From the NCBI RefSeq assembly GCF_009914755.1, contig NC_060944.1: 64,000 nt of DNA, one strand, 5' to 3'. This document shows, in pieces, positions 34,503 through 47,795 of the stretch. The notes under the pieces were generated by a model. It saw only the letters and a list, made by a program, of their open reading frames with translations, ran no database searches and was not told the origin of the DNA. Every line of letters begins with the position of its first letter. The first letter of the stretch is position 1. The position numbers and the translations under genes are program-made. This DNA is from the human T2T-CHM13v2.0 reference genome, Homo sapiens.

Positions 34503-36672
34503 TAGGGGTTCTTAACTTGGGGTCCATTGAAAAGTCTTTGATAGAATTCTGGGAGTCTATGAACTCAGAAGGGAAAAATATTACGTTTCTATTTTCTCTA
34601 ATATCTAATTGAAATTTACCGTTTCTTTCAGTTACTGAATGTAGGCACCAAATTACAGTAGTATTAACAGTGTCTGTGACTTTGTTACCAGTAAAAAAAA
34701 AATCACAGATATTTTAATTTCACATTAGAGTCATTGCAGATACATCAAACATCATTCATACTCACTACTTTGAAATTATGGATATTATTAGGCCCTCTGA
34801 TACATCTCGTTTAATACATTAATAAAGAAGCCCATATATTCTTATAGCATATTTTAAAAACATTTTGATGAGTGTATTTTAATATTTTTGGTTTCCTGTG
34901 TCACCCATTGTTTTTTATTTTGTGCATTTAAAAATAGTATTCTGAGAAGTGATTCATAGGCTTCAACAGATTACCAATGTAGTACTTGAACAAAAAGGTC
35001 AAGAAACACAAATGGATAGGAGGAATGAATATTGTGAAAATGGCCATACTGCCCAAGGTAATTTATAGATTCAATGCCATCCCCATCAAGCTACCAATGA
35101 CTTTCTTCACAGAATTGGAAAAAACTACTTTAAAGTTCATATGGAACCAAAAAGGAGCCCACATTGCCAAGTCAATCCTAAGCCAAAAGAACAAAGCTGG
35201 AGGCATCACGCTACCTGACTTCAAACTATACTACAAAGCTACAGTAACCAAAATAGCATGGTACTGGTACCAAAACAGAGATACAGACCAATGGAACAGA
35301 ATAGAGCCCTTGGAAATAATAGCACACATCTACAACCATCTGATCTTTGACAAACCTGACAAAGACAAGAAATGGGGAAAGATTCCCTATTTAATGATGC
35401 TGGGAAAACTGGCTAGCCATATGCAGAAAGCTGAAACTGGATCTCTTCCTTACACCTTATACAAAAATCAATTCAAGATGGATTAAAGACTTAAATGTTA
35501 GACCTAAAACCATAAAAACTCTAGAAGAAAACCTAGGCAATACCATTCAGGACATAGGCATGGGCAAGGACTTCATGACTAAAACACTAAAAGCAATGGC
35601 AACAAAAGCCAAAATTGACAAATGGGGTCTAATTAAACCAAAGAGCTTCTGCACAGCAGAAGAAACTACCATCAGAGTGAACAGGCAACCTACAGAATGG
35701 GAGAAAATTTTTACAATCTACTCATCTGACAAAGGGCTAATATCCAGAATCTACAAAGAACTTAAACAAATTTACAAGAAAAAATCACCCCCATCAACAA
35801 GTGGGTGAAGGATATGAAGAGACACTTCTCAAAAGAAGACATTTATGCAGCCAACAGACACATAAAAAAATGCTCATCATCACTGGCCATCAGAGAAATG
35901 CAAATCAAAACCACAATGAGATACCATCTCACACCAGTTAGAATGGCGATCATTAAAGTCAGGAAACAACAGGTGCTGGAGAGGATGTGGAGAAATAGGA
36001 AGACTTTTACACTGTTGGTGGGACTGTAAACTACTTCAACCCTTGTGGAAGACAGTGTGGCAGTTGCTCAAGGATCTAGAACTAGAAATACCATTTGACC
36101 CAGCCATCCCATTACTGGGCGTATACCCAATGGATTATAAATTATGCTGCTATAAAGACACATGCACACGTATGTTTACTGCAGCACTATTCACAATAGC
36201 AAAGACTTGGAACCAACCCAAACGTCCATCAATGATAGACTGGATTAAGAAAATGTGGCACATATACACCATGGAATACTATGCAGCCATAAAAAAGGAT
36301 GAGTTCGTGTCCTTTATAGGGACATGGATGAAGGTGGAAACCATCATTCTGAGCAAACTATTGCAAGGATAGAAAACCAAACACCGCATGTTCTCACTCA
36401 TAGGCGGGAATTGAACAATGAGAACACACGGACACAGGGTGGGGAACATCACACACTGGGGCCTGTCATCAGGTAGGGGGAGCAGGGAGGGATAGCATTA
36501 GGAGATATACCTAATGTAAATGACAAGTTAACAGGTACAGCACACCAACATGGCACATGTATACATATGTAACAAACCTGCACATTGTGCACATGTACCC
36601 TAGAACTTAAAGTGAAATAATAATAATAAAAAAAAGGCCTAGATGAAAAAAAAAAAAGATCAAGAAATGCTG
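34503..36672. mobile_element. hAT-Charlie MITE (Charlie4a/MER80-like) with an L1 inserted in its right terminal repeat
   Basis: taggggttcttaacttgggg start; body ends aaaaaggtcaagaaacac at 35009 and finishes aagaaatgctg at 36672. Confidence 0.7.
35012..36657 (+). mobile_element. 5'-truncated L1PA (PA4-6-like)
   Basis: ORF2 remnants 34986-36372; TSD aaaaaggtcaagaaacac (34992-35009) / aaaaagatcaagaaatgc (36653-36670). Confidence 0.93.
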
Positions 36673-37024
36673 GGTTAGATGGTGCAGAAGGGGTAGATAG
36701 CTAGGGAGACTCTTATCTTTGGAACCTAGAGGGAGGAGGTTGTTGTCAAAGAGAAAATTGAGAGCATGCTTTGGGAGGTGTAAGGACCCAACTGCCTGGA
36801 CTTTTGACCATGCATTGCTGCTGTAGTTTGTTCAGGGTGGTCCTCAGGTCTGCGCTGGCTCCCTGGGCAGATGATGGAGCTGAAAGAACATGAGTCTCAG
36901 GGCCTGTTCAAGGCTGGTGGACCTAGGTCTGGAAAGATAAGCTATGGTAAGAATGCTGCTTGCCTGATTAGTCTCAGATTGTCTATCTGATAACTGAGTT
37001 GGCAGTTCGGAGATTAAGAGCTAG

Positions 37025-37387
<363 letters not shown>

Positions 37388-37406
37388 CAGCCATGTAACA
37401 ACTTCT

Positions 37407-37780
<374 letters not shown>

Positions 37781-38912
37781 TAGCCATGTAACTTCTGACC
37801 TCTAGTTTTCTCATCTCTAGATTGCCATTCATTCAGTTAATATTGATTAAGCTCCAAGCACTGTGTAGGAGGCTGAAGCCTCTACAATCATTGAGTGGAT
37901 TAAATGAGATGCTGCGTCCGAAAGCACTTTGAAAAGAGATGCTCCCATTGAATCAGTTCCTTTTAAAGTTATCCATATTTTCTGCTCTTTAGTCAAGTTG
38001 CCTGTTGAAGAGAAGAGACTTGGGTCTTTCCAAAAAGAGTCAGCCTAGGGAGTTTGCAGCTCCACTGGGTCGACCCTTCCAGTCACCCTGACAATGCAGG
38101 GTAAAGCGTCAGGACCAAATTCCAGAGAGTTGTTTTTTTTTTGCCAGATGAGACCAGACTGCTGAATTCGGTTAGAGCTTTCAGCCTGGCTAACAGGGTG
38201 TGCATGGTTATTTATGCACTGAAGTGCTCTGATAATTAAGCTCATTCAATGTCACAATGATTGGTTACTTAAGAGGCCTGAATCATCATAAGTGAAGACT
38301 GTCATTTGAATGTATGTCACACTGCTTGACTTAGAAGTACAGCACAGTTTATTGCAAGAAGGCCAAAGGAAAAAAATGTTCATGTGTTGAAGGCAAAAGA
38401 GGCAGGTCAGGGCAAGTGGGCCAGACCCTGCTGTGATCCAGAAGGCACTGGAAGCCTTCAAGGATACCCTTTTCTCTTGGTAGAACAGAAGAGGGCATGC
38501 CAGCTTTTAAATCAACACAGTTCTACCTTCCCAGGTATAGGCCTTCTGGAAACAAGATTTTAGGTCATCACTAAAGGTGACAACCTTTGCTGATCATACC
38601 TCTTACATTGTCTATCTTCCAACCTTGGCTACCAGCCCTACTTTTGGGAGTTTGACAGCTGAGGCCTTGCAGAACCTGTGAACTCACTGGTGCGGCGATG
38701 GCCACGGAAGAGCTGATTCTAATTGTAAAGACAGCAGAAGGTGAAAAGCTTGGGCTCTGGCTCTAGACTTCTCATATCCCACCATTGCACTGACTGGCTG
38801 GGTCACTCTGGCTAGTTGCTTAGCATCTCTGAGCCTTTTTCTTTATCTCAAACATAAGAATGGCAGTAGCTATCATACTGGATTTTCTGAAGATTAAAGA
38901 GAGAATGATTCT

Positions 38913-38985
38913 TTTTTTTTTTTTTTTTGAGACGGAGTCTCGCTCTGTCGCCCAGGCCGGACTGCGGACTGCAGTGGCGCAATCT
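38913..38985 (-). mobile_element. Severely 5'-truncated AluYb8/Yb9
   Basis: Yb-diagnostic 7-bp duplication ggccggactgcggactgcag; perfect 17-bp TSD aaagagagaatgattct (38896-38912 / 38988-39004). Confidence 0.93.
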
Positions 38986-39494
38986 TAAAAGAGAGAATGA
39001 TTCTAAAGCACTTGGCTCCATGCCTGGTCTACAGTAGGTGCTAAATCAATGTTAGCTGTTGTTACTACTGGGGGGTTGCTGTGGATGGAAGCAAACTTGT
39101 CAGACCCTCCTGGGTTGTGTTGCTTTCCCCAAACCCCCTTTTCTTCTGGCATTGTGTCTTCTGCTCTGATTGGCGCCCTCTCTCTATTCCTAGGAAAATT
39201 CTTGCACATTTTTCTCTTGGTCCTTTAGTTTAAAAACTTGGCTTGCGTTTCCCCCAAGAGCAGAATAAACAAATCTCTTTTATAAGGCTGTAGGATTCTG
39301 ATAGGAAAGTTCTTCAGAATCTTGAACAAGGTCAGGAAATGTCACCTTCTGACTTCAGTGCTTGGAAAATTAGCATAAGGGAGGCAGGGGAAGGAAGGAA
39401 AGGACTTGGCCACTTCTTAAACTGAAGGGACGATTACATCACTTGTGAGTGGCATGTTCTTGGATACATGGTTTAACCTGTCTGAGCCCAGGGC

Positions 39495-39950
39495 TGTTGT
39501 GGCTGAGACAGTGCTATGTCCACCACAAACTCTCCTTTCTATGGTATGGTGTTGGTGTTTTCACTGAGGGGTGCCTGTCTAGCCAGAAATTCCACATTCC
39601 ACCTGCACTTCCATTTAAGTGAGGCCACTTGACCAGTTCTCCCCAGTGGGATGTGAATGGCAGCGATGCATCCTTTGTGAGCTGAGGCTTTTAAGAAGCT
39701 GGTGAGGCTTCCTATGCTTTCTTTCTGCTTCTGCTGGCTAGAAACAAAGGACACTGAGGCCCTCGGGGGATGGTAGAGCCACAGGAAGCACCCCGGGTCC
39801 TTAAATCAACATGCGGAGGAAAGCCAACGGCCAGCCATGGATACTTGCATTGGACTTTTAAGTGAATGAGAGGTAAATTTCTATTATGTGAAGATATTGC
39901 AAATACTGGGTTTATTTGTTATAATAGCTAGTGTTATTCTAACTAATAAA
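39495..39950 (+). mobile_element. MLT1 (G/H/I-like) LTR
   Basis: ccacttgaccagttctccccagtgggatgtgaatgg...ggtttatttgttataatagc...ctaactaata. Confidence 0.7.
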
Positions 39951-40608
39951 GCCATCGTATAAAAGGGGTGTACTAGTTTGAAGTGCTTCACAAACCCAGG
40001 TTGCAAATGTCGTATTCATTGATGTATTCATCTGTTCGCTTTCAAAAATAAATATTTATTAAGCACATTCTGTAGGCCCTGCTCTAAGTGCTGGAGATAC
40101 AGTGAAGTGCAAGACAGATGAAAGCCCTGCTCATATAAGGCATTTACAAATATAAGGATGATGAAAATAACCTCCTTCCCCTCTTCCCACACTGGTGATA
40201 TTTCATCTCCATCAAATACTTGCTTCTAAACCATGCTCTTTCCTGCCTCCATGCTGTTGGAGAAGTGTTCTCTTCCTGTGAACTCCTTCTCTTTATAGAC
40301 CCAGCTCTCCCGTGGGCAGCCCCTGAGGAGAGGAACTCCTCAGGCCAAGGCAGCAACTCCCTTCTACCTGTCTTCCTGCCCTGACAACAGCATGAGCTGT
40401 GTTGTAGTCTGTTTGCTTTCTTATGCACTGATTTCCCTCTGCAGTCTGTGACCTCCTTCTCATCCACCTTTGTATTTTAGACTATTGCACAATGCTGGGC
40501 ATACAGCAGGTGCTCGCTGAATATTTGTAGAGTTAATCTGAATATAAAACCACCAGAAATGACTATTTGGTTTTGTCAGGAACCTGCAAAATGCATTGTG
40601 TGCGTGTA

Positions 40609-40906
40609 TTATTTTTATTTTTTTGAGACAGAATCTCCCTCTTTTGTCCAGGTTGGAGTTCAGTGGCTTGATCTTGGCTCACTGCAACCTCTGCCTCCCG
40701 GGCTCAAGTGATTCTCATGCCTCAACCTCCCAAGTAGCTGAGATTATAGGCATGTACCACCATGCCTGGCTAATTTTTGTAGTTTTGGTAGAAATGGGGT
40801 GTCACCAAGTTGGCCAGGCTGGTCTTGGACTCCTGACCTCACATGATCCACCTGCCTCAGCCTCCCAAAGTGCTGGGATTACAGGGATGAGCCACTATGC
40901 CCGGAC
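40609..40906 (-). mobile_element. Alu (old S/J-like)
   Basis: Full dimer. Confidence 0.92.
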
Positions 40907-41919
40907 TGCGTTGTTTTGAAAGCAGCTTTTGTTTAGTGTCAGTGTCTAGAACACCAGCCCCTTTCACTCTGTGCATATGGTGACTGAGCTGATTTCATTT
41001 AGTATGTGCATAAATACTCTTATTTCTCAGATACAAGGCAAGATTTCTTTGTTTTCTTGTTTGTTTCTTTGCTTCCCCTGGTTGCAAAACATATCCTCTC
41101 TACCTCCTGGCAAATCTGACAACACGTCCTCAGACTGATGAAACAGAGTCCACTAGATCCTCTTGATGGGGGCATGAGGGTTTGGGTAAGGGTGGGATGA
41201 GGTGAGTTTCCATCTGTGAATTCTCAGATTTTGCTCTTTATTCTTCAAATTCTCATCAGACTGACAGCCAGTGATGCGTGGGTGAAGATAAGACCATAGC
41301 TGAGAAATCTCTTCCGTTTATGGCAGAGGTCATTTCATTGACATTCCTTGGAGAACCTTATTGCAGGAAGATAGGGAGGAAGAGAAGAGAGCACCCATTC
41401 TGTGAGCACCCTTATCTGTAAAAGGTCCCTGGTGTCTCCCCTTTGGGCTGGAATAAAATGAGACTTTAGTTATGGAAGAGAAGAAAGAAAGTGGTTTTTA
41501 TGATAGGAGGAGGCTGAAGAAAGGGAAGCAGGGTGAATGGCGTATACTCAGGGAGGATCAGAGGTTTGAGTGGAGATAAATGAACAAAACCATCTTGGAG
41601 ACCAGATTTTTCAGAGGATGGGGGCATGGAAGAGACCATCAGTTCTTTGGGCAGAAGTAGAGGAGTTCCTCTGCAATAGGAGAGGGGGATGTTAAGGGGA
41701 TTAGCAGAGGAGTCTTAAAGTCAGTGTTATCTGTTTTGGGATGCTGAAGGATGTTTTGTCCCCTTTAAATGGTGATTGATCTGGGAAAGACCCCAATATA
41801 TGAAGCAGACCCTCAGGAGTATAGGTCTAAAGCCCCAGGAATGCTCACCACACCTGGGAGGCTCTGTTACTGGGAACAGGGGTGCTAATGAGAAAGTCAA
41901 TCATGCCTTTTGGGGTTAC

Positions 41920-42361
41920 TGCTATTGGTGGCCTGCTCAGAGCCCCTTTATTGGGAGGTGTGCCCATCATCCCTCAGCTACTGGGAGTGCTGTAGCTAAT
42001 GGTTTCTACCTAAGAACTTACCTAAGAATTGACCCTGAATGACTGAAGGTATATCATCTGGCAGTACCTGGGAAGTTGGTCCCCCATCTCCTTGGTGTGT
42101 CAGTGACTGATACAGGTGCACAGAATGTCAGCTCCTTGCCTTAAGGCAGATCAACACTGTGGTGTGATTTATGCTCCAGAGCTCCCAATGGATCAGGCCA
42201 AGGCTAGATTTTACCCCAAACCCCATTCTTACTGGACTCTTCCTTCCCTCTTCTACTTCCTTCCCTCCCTTACGGATTTCTTCTGACAACTTTACCTTGA
42301 TACAACACCTGCATCTGAATCCCTATCCCAGGTTCTGCTTCCAGAGGACTCACCTCAAGAC
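41920..42361 (+). mobile_element. LTR16-like (ERVL) LTR
   Basis: ccctcagctactgggagtgctg...ccagagctccc...ggttctgcttccagaggactcacctcaagac. Confidence 0.7.
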
Positions 42362-43128
42362 TCAACCTACTCTGTGCCAGGTTCCATGGTGGTCCTCACA
42401 ACAACCCCCTGGGGCAAGACTGCTTCCCTCCTGCCCCACACTGCCCCCTTGGCCCAGAAGGGGCTTCCAGGCTCCTCTGCAGCCCCCTCACTGGTCGCTA
42501 ACCCTACTGCTTAGAGCTTAATGTTCACTGGGCCACCTCTTGCTAGTAAGCAAGACCTCTGCATGCCAGTGAGCAGTGTCTCTGTTCTGCCTGCCCCTGG
42601 GAAGTGGAGACTGGCTATTCTTGCTACATGACTGGTAGGGTCTGTGGACTCAGTGTTTGCTTGGAAGACCTGGTCACATAGATTTCTTTCCATAGGTGAG
42701 CATGCAAAGCCCAAGATTTAGGTTTTGGGGCAGGAGGGTAGGGGGCTCACTCAGACCTGGGGACTTGTTTGTGACCTCCAGTTGCCCTTTGTCTAGAGAA
42801 GTTTGTATTTGAATACTGCATGTGTGCTCGAAGCTGGGGCTGTTTCTGTTCTGTCTGTGGACCCTTAGGTGTCTGTTCCTTGGCAGAAATCCAGGAGGGG
42901 ATGAGGAGTGAACGGTGGGGCTTAAGCATCAGCCCCCTACCCCTGAACCCCTGACAAGCCCTGCAAAATAAATATTAAGATTCCTGTTTGACTAGAGAGG
43001 AAACCAAGTCTTAGAAAGCTTAGATGGCCCGAGGATGAAATTTAGTATTGTCTGAGGTGGAATTTGAATCTTGGATTGGCTAGTTCCAAAGCTCAGGCTT
43101 TTTTTTTTTTTTTTTTTTTAATCCATAC

Positions 43129-43344
43129 CAGAGATTGGCAAACTACAGGTGAAATCTTGCCCACTGCCTGTTTTTATGACTAAAGTTTTATTAGAACATA
43201 GCCATGCTCATCTGTTTAGATTAGATTATGGCTACATTTGGGCCACCCTGGCAGAGTTGAGTAGTTGCAACAGAGACCCTATGGCCCACAAAGCCTAAAG
43301 TATTTGCTGTCAGGACCTTTGCAGAAAATGTTTGCTGACCCCTG
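43129..43344. mobile_element. MER58A (hAT-Charlie)
   Basis: cagagattggcaaact...aaagttttattagaacatagccatg...tttgctgacccctg. Confidence 0.8.
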
Positions 43345-43608
43345 CTCTGCACTCTATTCTCTCAGGGAGTGTTCCTTTTAGAGTCCAGGGAGCCCAAGAC
43401 ACTGAGGGGTGGAAAGATACCTGGTCTTTATATCCAAAGCTCTGGGTACAAATTTTGACTGTGTAACACTAGTCAAGGCATCAGTAGACTTGACTTCTCT
43501 TAGTCTTGGTTAATTCATCTTTAAAAGGGAGAGAAGAGCAGCCCCCAAAAATAGTTTTGTTTTGAGGATGAAATAAATGAACAGTGATAAATAATGATTT
43601 TAAATATT

Positions 43609-43710
43609 TGAGTTGAAATAATCTGTATACCAAACCCTCATGACACACAGTTTACCTATATAACAAACCTGGTTGTGTACCCCTGATCCTAAAATAAAAG
43701 TTGAAAAAAA
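43609..43710 (+). mobile_element. Very short L1PA (old) 3' end
   Basis: aataatctgtataccaaaccctcatgacacacagtttacctatataacaaacctg...aaaataaaagtt followed by an A-tail. Confidence 0.8.
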
Positions 43711-44515
43711 GGTTACCGAGTGCTTATTATGTGCCAGGTCCTTCACGTACATTATCTCTTTTAATTCCTATAAGTGTCCAGTACGTGGTAGACATTCAAT
43801 AAGAAGACATTGAATGAATGAGGTAGGTACTTATTATTCCCATTTCTCAGATAAGGAAATAGAGGCTCAGAGAAGTGAAGCAACTTCCCCAGGGCTTGGC
43901 TGCCTGTGATGGCTGGATTCAGCACAGGCATGAGAGAGGAAGGGCACTGTGTTCCTGCTGAAGGGGAGGGTTTTTCTCTTCCTGGGAAAACTTGTGGTCT
44001 TTGGGGCTGGTTTCCACTGAAGGTAGTGAGTATTGCTTTCTCTCAGCTTCTCCTCCTTCAATTTAATCAGATTCTATTCTATCCTCTTCAACTTCCCCTA
44101 CATTATGTAGCAACTGGGATTGTCAGCAAACCCATCATCTTGTTGTTGTCAGTAAAACAAAGATTATCTGCCTCAGAAAAGTGAACACTTGGGAGTCATA
44201 ATTATGGGAATCACTTGTAGTTTGGGTCCATTTGAATGTGTTTGAGCCGCAAGCGAAACAGATAGTGTGCTCGAAACCTTTTCTAGTTGTGGCCCTGGTT
44301 ATTTTTGTCCTGCAGAAAGAAGTAGAACTGTCACTCTACCTGCACAGGGCAGACAAAGCCACCTCTCTCACCAGCTGCCCCTGACCTTTGTGGACAACTG
44401 CACATGGAATGAATAGAATCCTGAAAACTTCTCAGGAGTTTAATAGCTTCAATGAATAAAGAATTTTGGTTCCAGGAAAAGGAAAATAAACTGAATTGAT
44501 TTGAGGAAAAATCAT

Positions 44516-45205
44516 TGTGTTAGTTTGTGTTTCCCTGGATGCAGACTCAGAAACAGAGATAGCGAAGAAAGTTTCCTTTTTGGGATTGGATTCCAGAAAA
44601 TGCAGTGGGAAACACTGGGAAGTGAGACAGGGAAGGGAAGTGATATGGTTAGGCTTTGTGTCCCCACTCAAATATCATCATGAATTATAATCCCCATAAT
44701 CCTCACATGTCAAGGGTGAGACCAGGTGGAGGTAATTGAATCATGTGGCCGGTTTCTCCGATGCTGTTCCCGTGCTAGTGAGTTCGTTCTTACTAGATCT
44801 GATGGTTTTATAAGTGCTTGGTTGTTCCTTCTCTGTTCATTGTCCTTCCTGCCGCCTTGTGGAGAAGTGCCTTGCTTCGCCTTCGCCTTTCACCAAGATT
44901 GTAAGTGTCCTGAGCCCCCCACCCCGGCCGCCCCCAGCCATGCTGAACTCTGAGTCAATTAAATCTCTCTCCTTTATAAATTACCCAGTCTTGGGCAGTT
45001 CTTTAAAGCAGCGTGAGAACGAACTAATACAGGAAGGAAGTCTATGCAGGATGTGTTCTCAGGTAGATGACCACCTTGGGCAAAAGAAGATTAATTCCAC
45101 TAGAGAACTCTGAGAGCCAGAACAGAACTGCATAATTATCCCCCTCAAGGGGTGAGAGAGCTGGGGTAGTTAGACACCCACTTTCATCAGCCATGGGTTG
45201 AGGTA
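44516..45205 (-). mobile_element. LTR33-like (ERVL) LTR split by a THE1 LTR
   Basis: gcagactcagaaacagag...gggaagtgagacagggaagggaag [THE1] gaagtctatgcagg... Confidence 0.7.
44641..45031 (+). mobile_element. THE1 (THE1D-like) solo LTR
   Basis: tgatatggttaggctttgtgtcccc...gaactaataca; perfect 5-bp TSD ggaag (44636-44640 / 45032-45036). Confidence 0.9.
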
Positions 45206-45329
45206 TGGCATTTTCAGTTGGCTTTGCTGGCAGACCGCAGAGATGGAAGTTGGTTGGCATGCCCTGAAATGGTGAGGCTCCAGGAGACATGGGTGGGACC
45301 CCTTCAAGAACTGCTACAAACTCCTGCTC

Positions 45330-45550
45330 TGAAATCAGACTACCTGGATTCAAACCTCCGATGTTCCTTCCTATTTGTTATGTGACCTTGGGCAAGTCAC
45401 TTAAGCCCTTTAGTCTTAGCTGTTGAATAGAAAATATGATAGTCCAGACTTTACCAGGTGGCTGTGAAGATTAAAAGAGATAAGGCATGCAAGACACTTA
45501 CAGGGTACCTGGCACAAGGCAAACACTCAACAGACTTTAGCTGTTATTTG
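45330..45550 (+). mobile_element. MIR
   Basis: cagactacctggattcaaacc...tgtgaccttgggcaagtcacttaa. Confidence 0.75.
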
Positions 45551-46787
45551 TAACTAGTCTATTTATTGTACTGAAACTGACTGGGGGAACATTCAGACCT
45601 AGACGATGTTATGGGGAAAAATAGACAAGAAACAACAACCCAAGGTTTTATCCAAGAGCTATGTGATGTAGAGTGTGACCAGTGGACAGCATTGTATATT
45701 TGGACAAATATGAATATATAAACTTTTGAGTTGTCTTTCGGATATTAGCTTGTTTATAGGAGGATCCTCTGCGCAGTTGATGAAGCCCATGTAGCTGGAA
45801 TCAAAAGCTTCTGTACCCATGGGCTGAACTGGTAGTAGCAAACTGACCAGGGAATTAGAGCATGACACCCAAGATAGTGGGAACCAGCTGAGATGCAGGT
45901 CATAATCATGATAACAGCAGGTAACATTTACTGAGAATTTTCTGTGTCAAGCCATGTGCAAAACACATCACCAGATTATGACATTTTCTCATCACAATAG
46001 TCCAAGGTGGTGTCCCTGTCATGACAGCCTGCCTACTCTCCTTTCAGAGTGCATGTTAAAATAACCTCTCGCTGCAACCAGTGGATTTCCCAGTAGTCTC
46101 TCTTTTTTGTTTATTTTTTTCTGGAGTCCGGCCTTTCATAACAAGCCCCCAGGTGCATTTGGAGTTGCTACCTGTAAATGTGGCAGGATTTCTCTTCATC
46201 AGACTTTTGTCCCTGTTCTCTTCCCTGAAGAGCAAACATGCTGCACTAGAAGGAATCAGTGGCTCATTGTCACTGGCAAAGCCGAGGCAGTGGGAGGACC
46301 ATTTTTTCTCTGGGTTCAGCAACCCTCCTAGTGGTTAGCAGACAGCAGCATAATGGCCAGCCAGTGTGAAACTGTGCAAATTGCCTCATAAATAACTCGT
46401 AATGCACAGGCAACAGGGAGAGGCCATAGCTCATGGATAAATGACTCCCTGCCATTTCGGGGTATTAAACCAGGGATAATCCGGACCTCACCATGGGGAT
46501 TCATTAACTACTATGGGTTTCCCGCACGCAAGCCTGCTGGGACTCAGGCCTGCTTGGTGCTTCTTGTGGCATCATGATGGGGGCAAAACACTTCCAAGCA
46601 GGGCCATGAGAAAGAGAATGTAAGTACCTTTAACAAACCAGCCAGGGGTGAACCCTGTAGGAGCCAAGTATTTTCTCTGTGGAACTTGCTTTCTGAAGAA
46701 ATCTCTTTGAAGCGCAGAGAAAAACATAATAACCTTAACAATTAACATGTATTGGGCATTTACTCTGTGCCAGGCACTGTGCTAAGT

Positions 46788-47056
46788 CTTTTTTTTTTTT
46801 TTTTTTTTTTGAGATGGAGTCTCGCTCTGTCGCCCAGGCTGGAGTGCAGTGGTACGATCTTGGCTTACTGTAAGCTCCACCAGCCGGGTAGCTGGGACTA
46901 CAGGCGCCTGCCACCACACCCGGCTAATTATTGTATTTTTAGTAGAGATGGGGTTTTGCCATGTTGGCCAGGCTGGACTTGAACTCCTAACCTCAGGTGA
47001 TCTGCCCACCTTGGCCTCCCAAAGTGCTGGGATTACAGGCGTGAGCCACCGCACCC
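46788..47056 (-). mobile_element. Alu with an internal deletion, inserted in a MIR
   Basis: TSD ctgtgctaagtctt (46777-46790) / ctgtgctaaatctt (47057-47070). Confidence 0.92.
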
Positions 47057-47198
47057 CTGTGCTAAATCTTGTGTAACTCCCACAAACATTCCATTGAGTG
47101 GATACTATTATTATTAGTCCTATTTTCATAGAGGATGAAGTGATAGCTCACAGAGGTTTAGTTATTTATTTTAGGCAATATAGCCAATATGTGGTGAA

Positions 47199-47640
47199 TG
47201 CATTAGTCAGCTTTTGTTAGGTTGTGGTAACAAATAGTCCACCAGTCTCAGTGGTTTAAAATCACAAGAGTGTTTTGCTCCTATTTTATGCCACTCATGG
47301 ATCAGCTGCTCTCCTTTACCTGACTTTATTACAGGATCCAGGCTGAAATAGTAGCCTCTATCTGGGACATACTATTCTCATGGCAGAAGAAGACAAGAGC
47401 AAGAAAACTGGTGGAACTGGCCATGGCTGTGAAAGCTTCTGCTCAGAATGGGCATATATCACCTCTGCTCACATTTCATTGATCAAAGGTGGTCATATGG
47501 CCAAGCCTTCTTTCAATGGGGTGAGGAAGTTTACTCCTCACACTGGGAGGTACTGCAATGAATGACAATTGGGGAGAGATATCTAAGTCTCTTAGAGGAA
47601 AGGCAGAGATCAGAGAATAGTAATATAATCTATGCAGCTG
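47199..47640 (-). mobile_element. Old MLT1 LTR
   Basis: gtaacaaatagtccaccagtctcagtggtttaaaa...ctgctcacatttcattgatcaaaggtggtcatatggccaagcc. Confidence 0.65.
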
Positions 47641-47795
47641 AGTGAGATCAGATCTTTGTGGTTTTACATTTTGTGCTCTTAATTTCTGCCCTTTGCTGAA
47701 TTTGGAATTGGGATACTTGGGCTTGAGCACCACTCTGCAGTGAGAAACTCTGTGACTAAGGGCAATTTATTTCCCTCTCTGGGTCCCAGTTTCCC

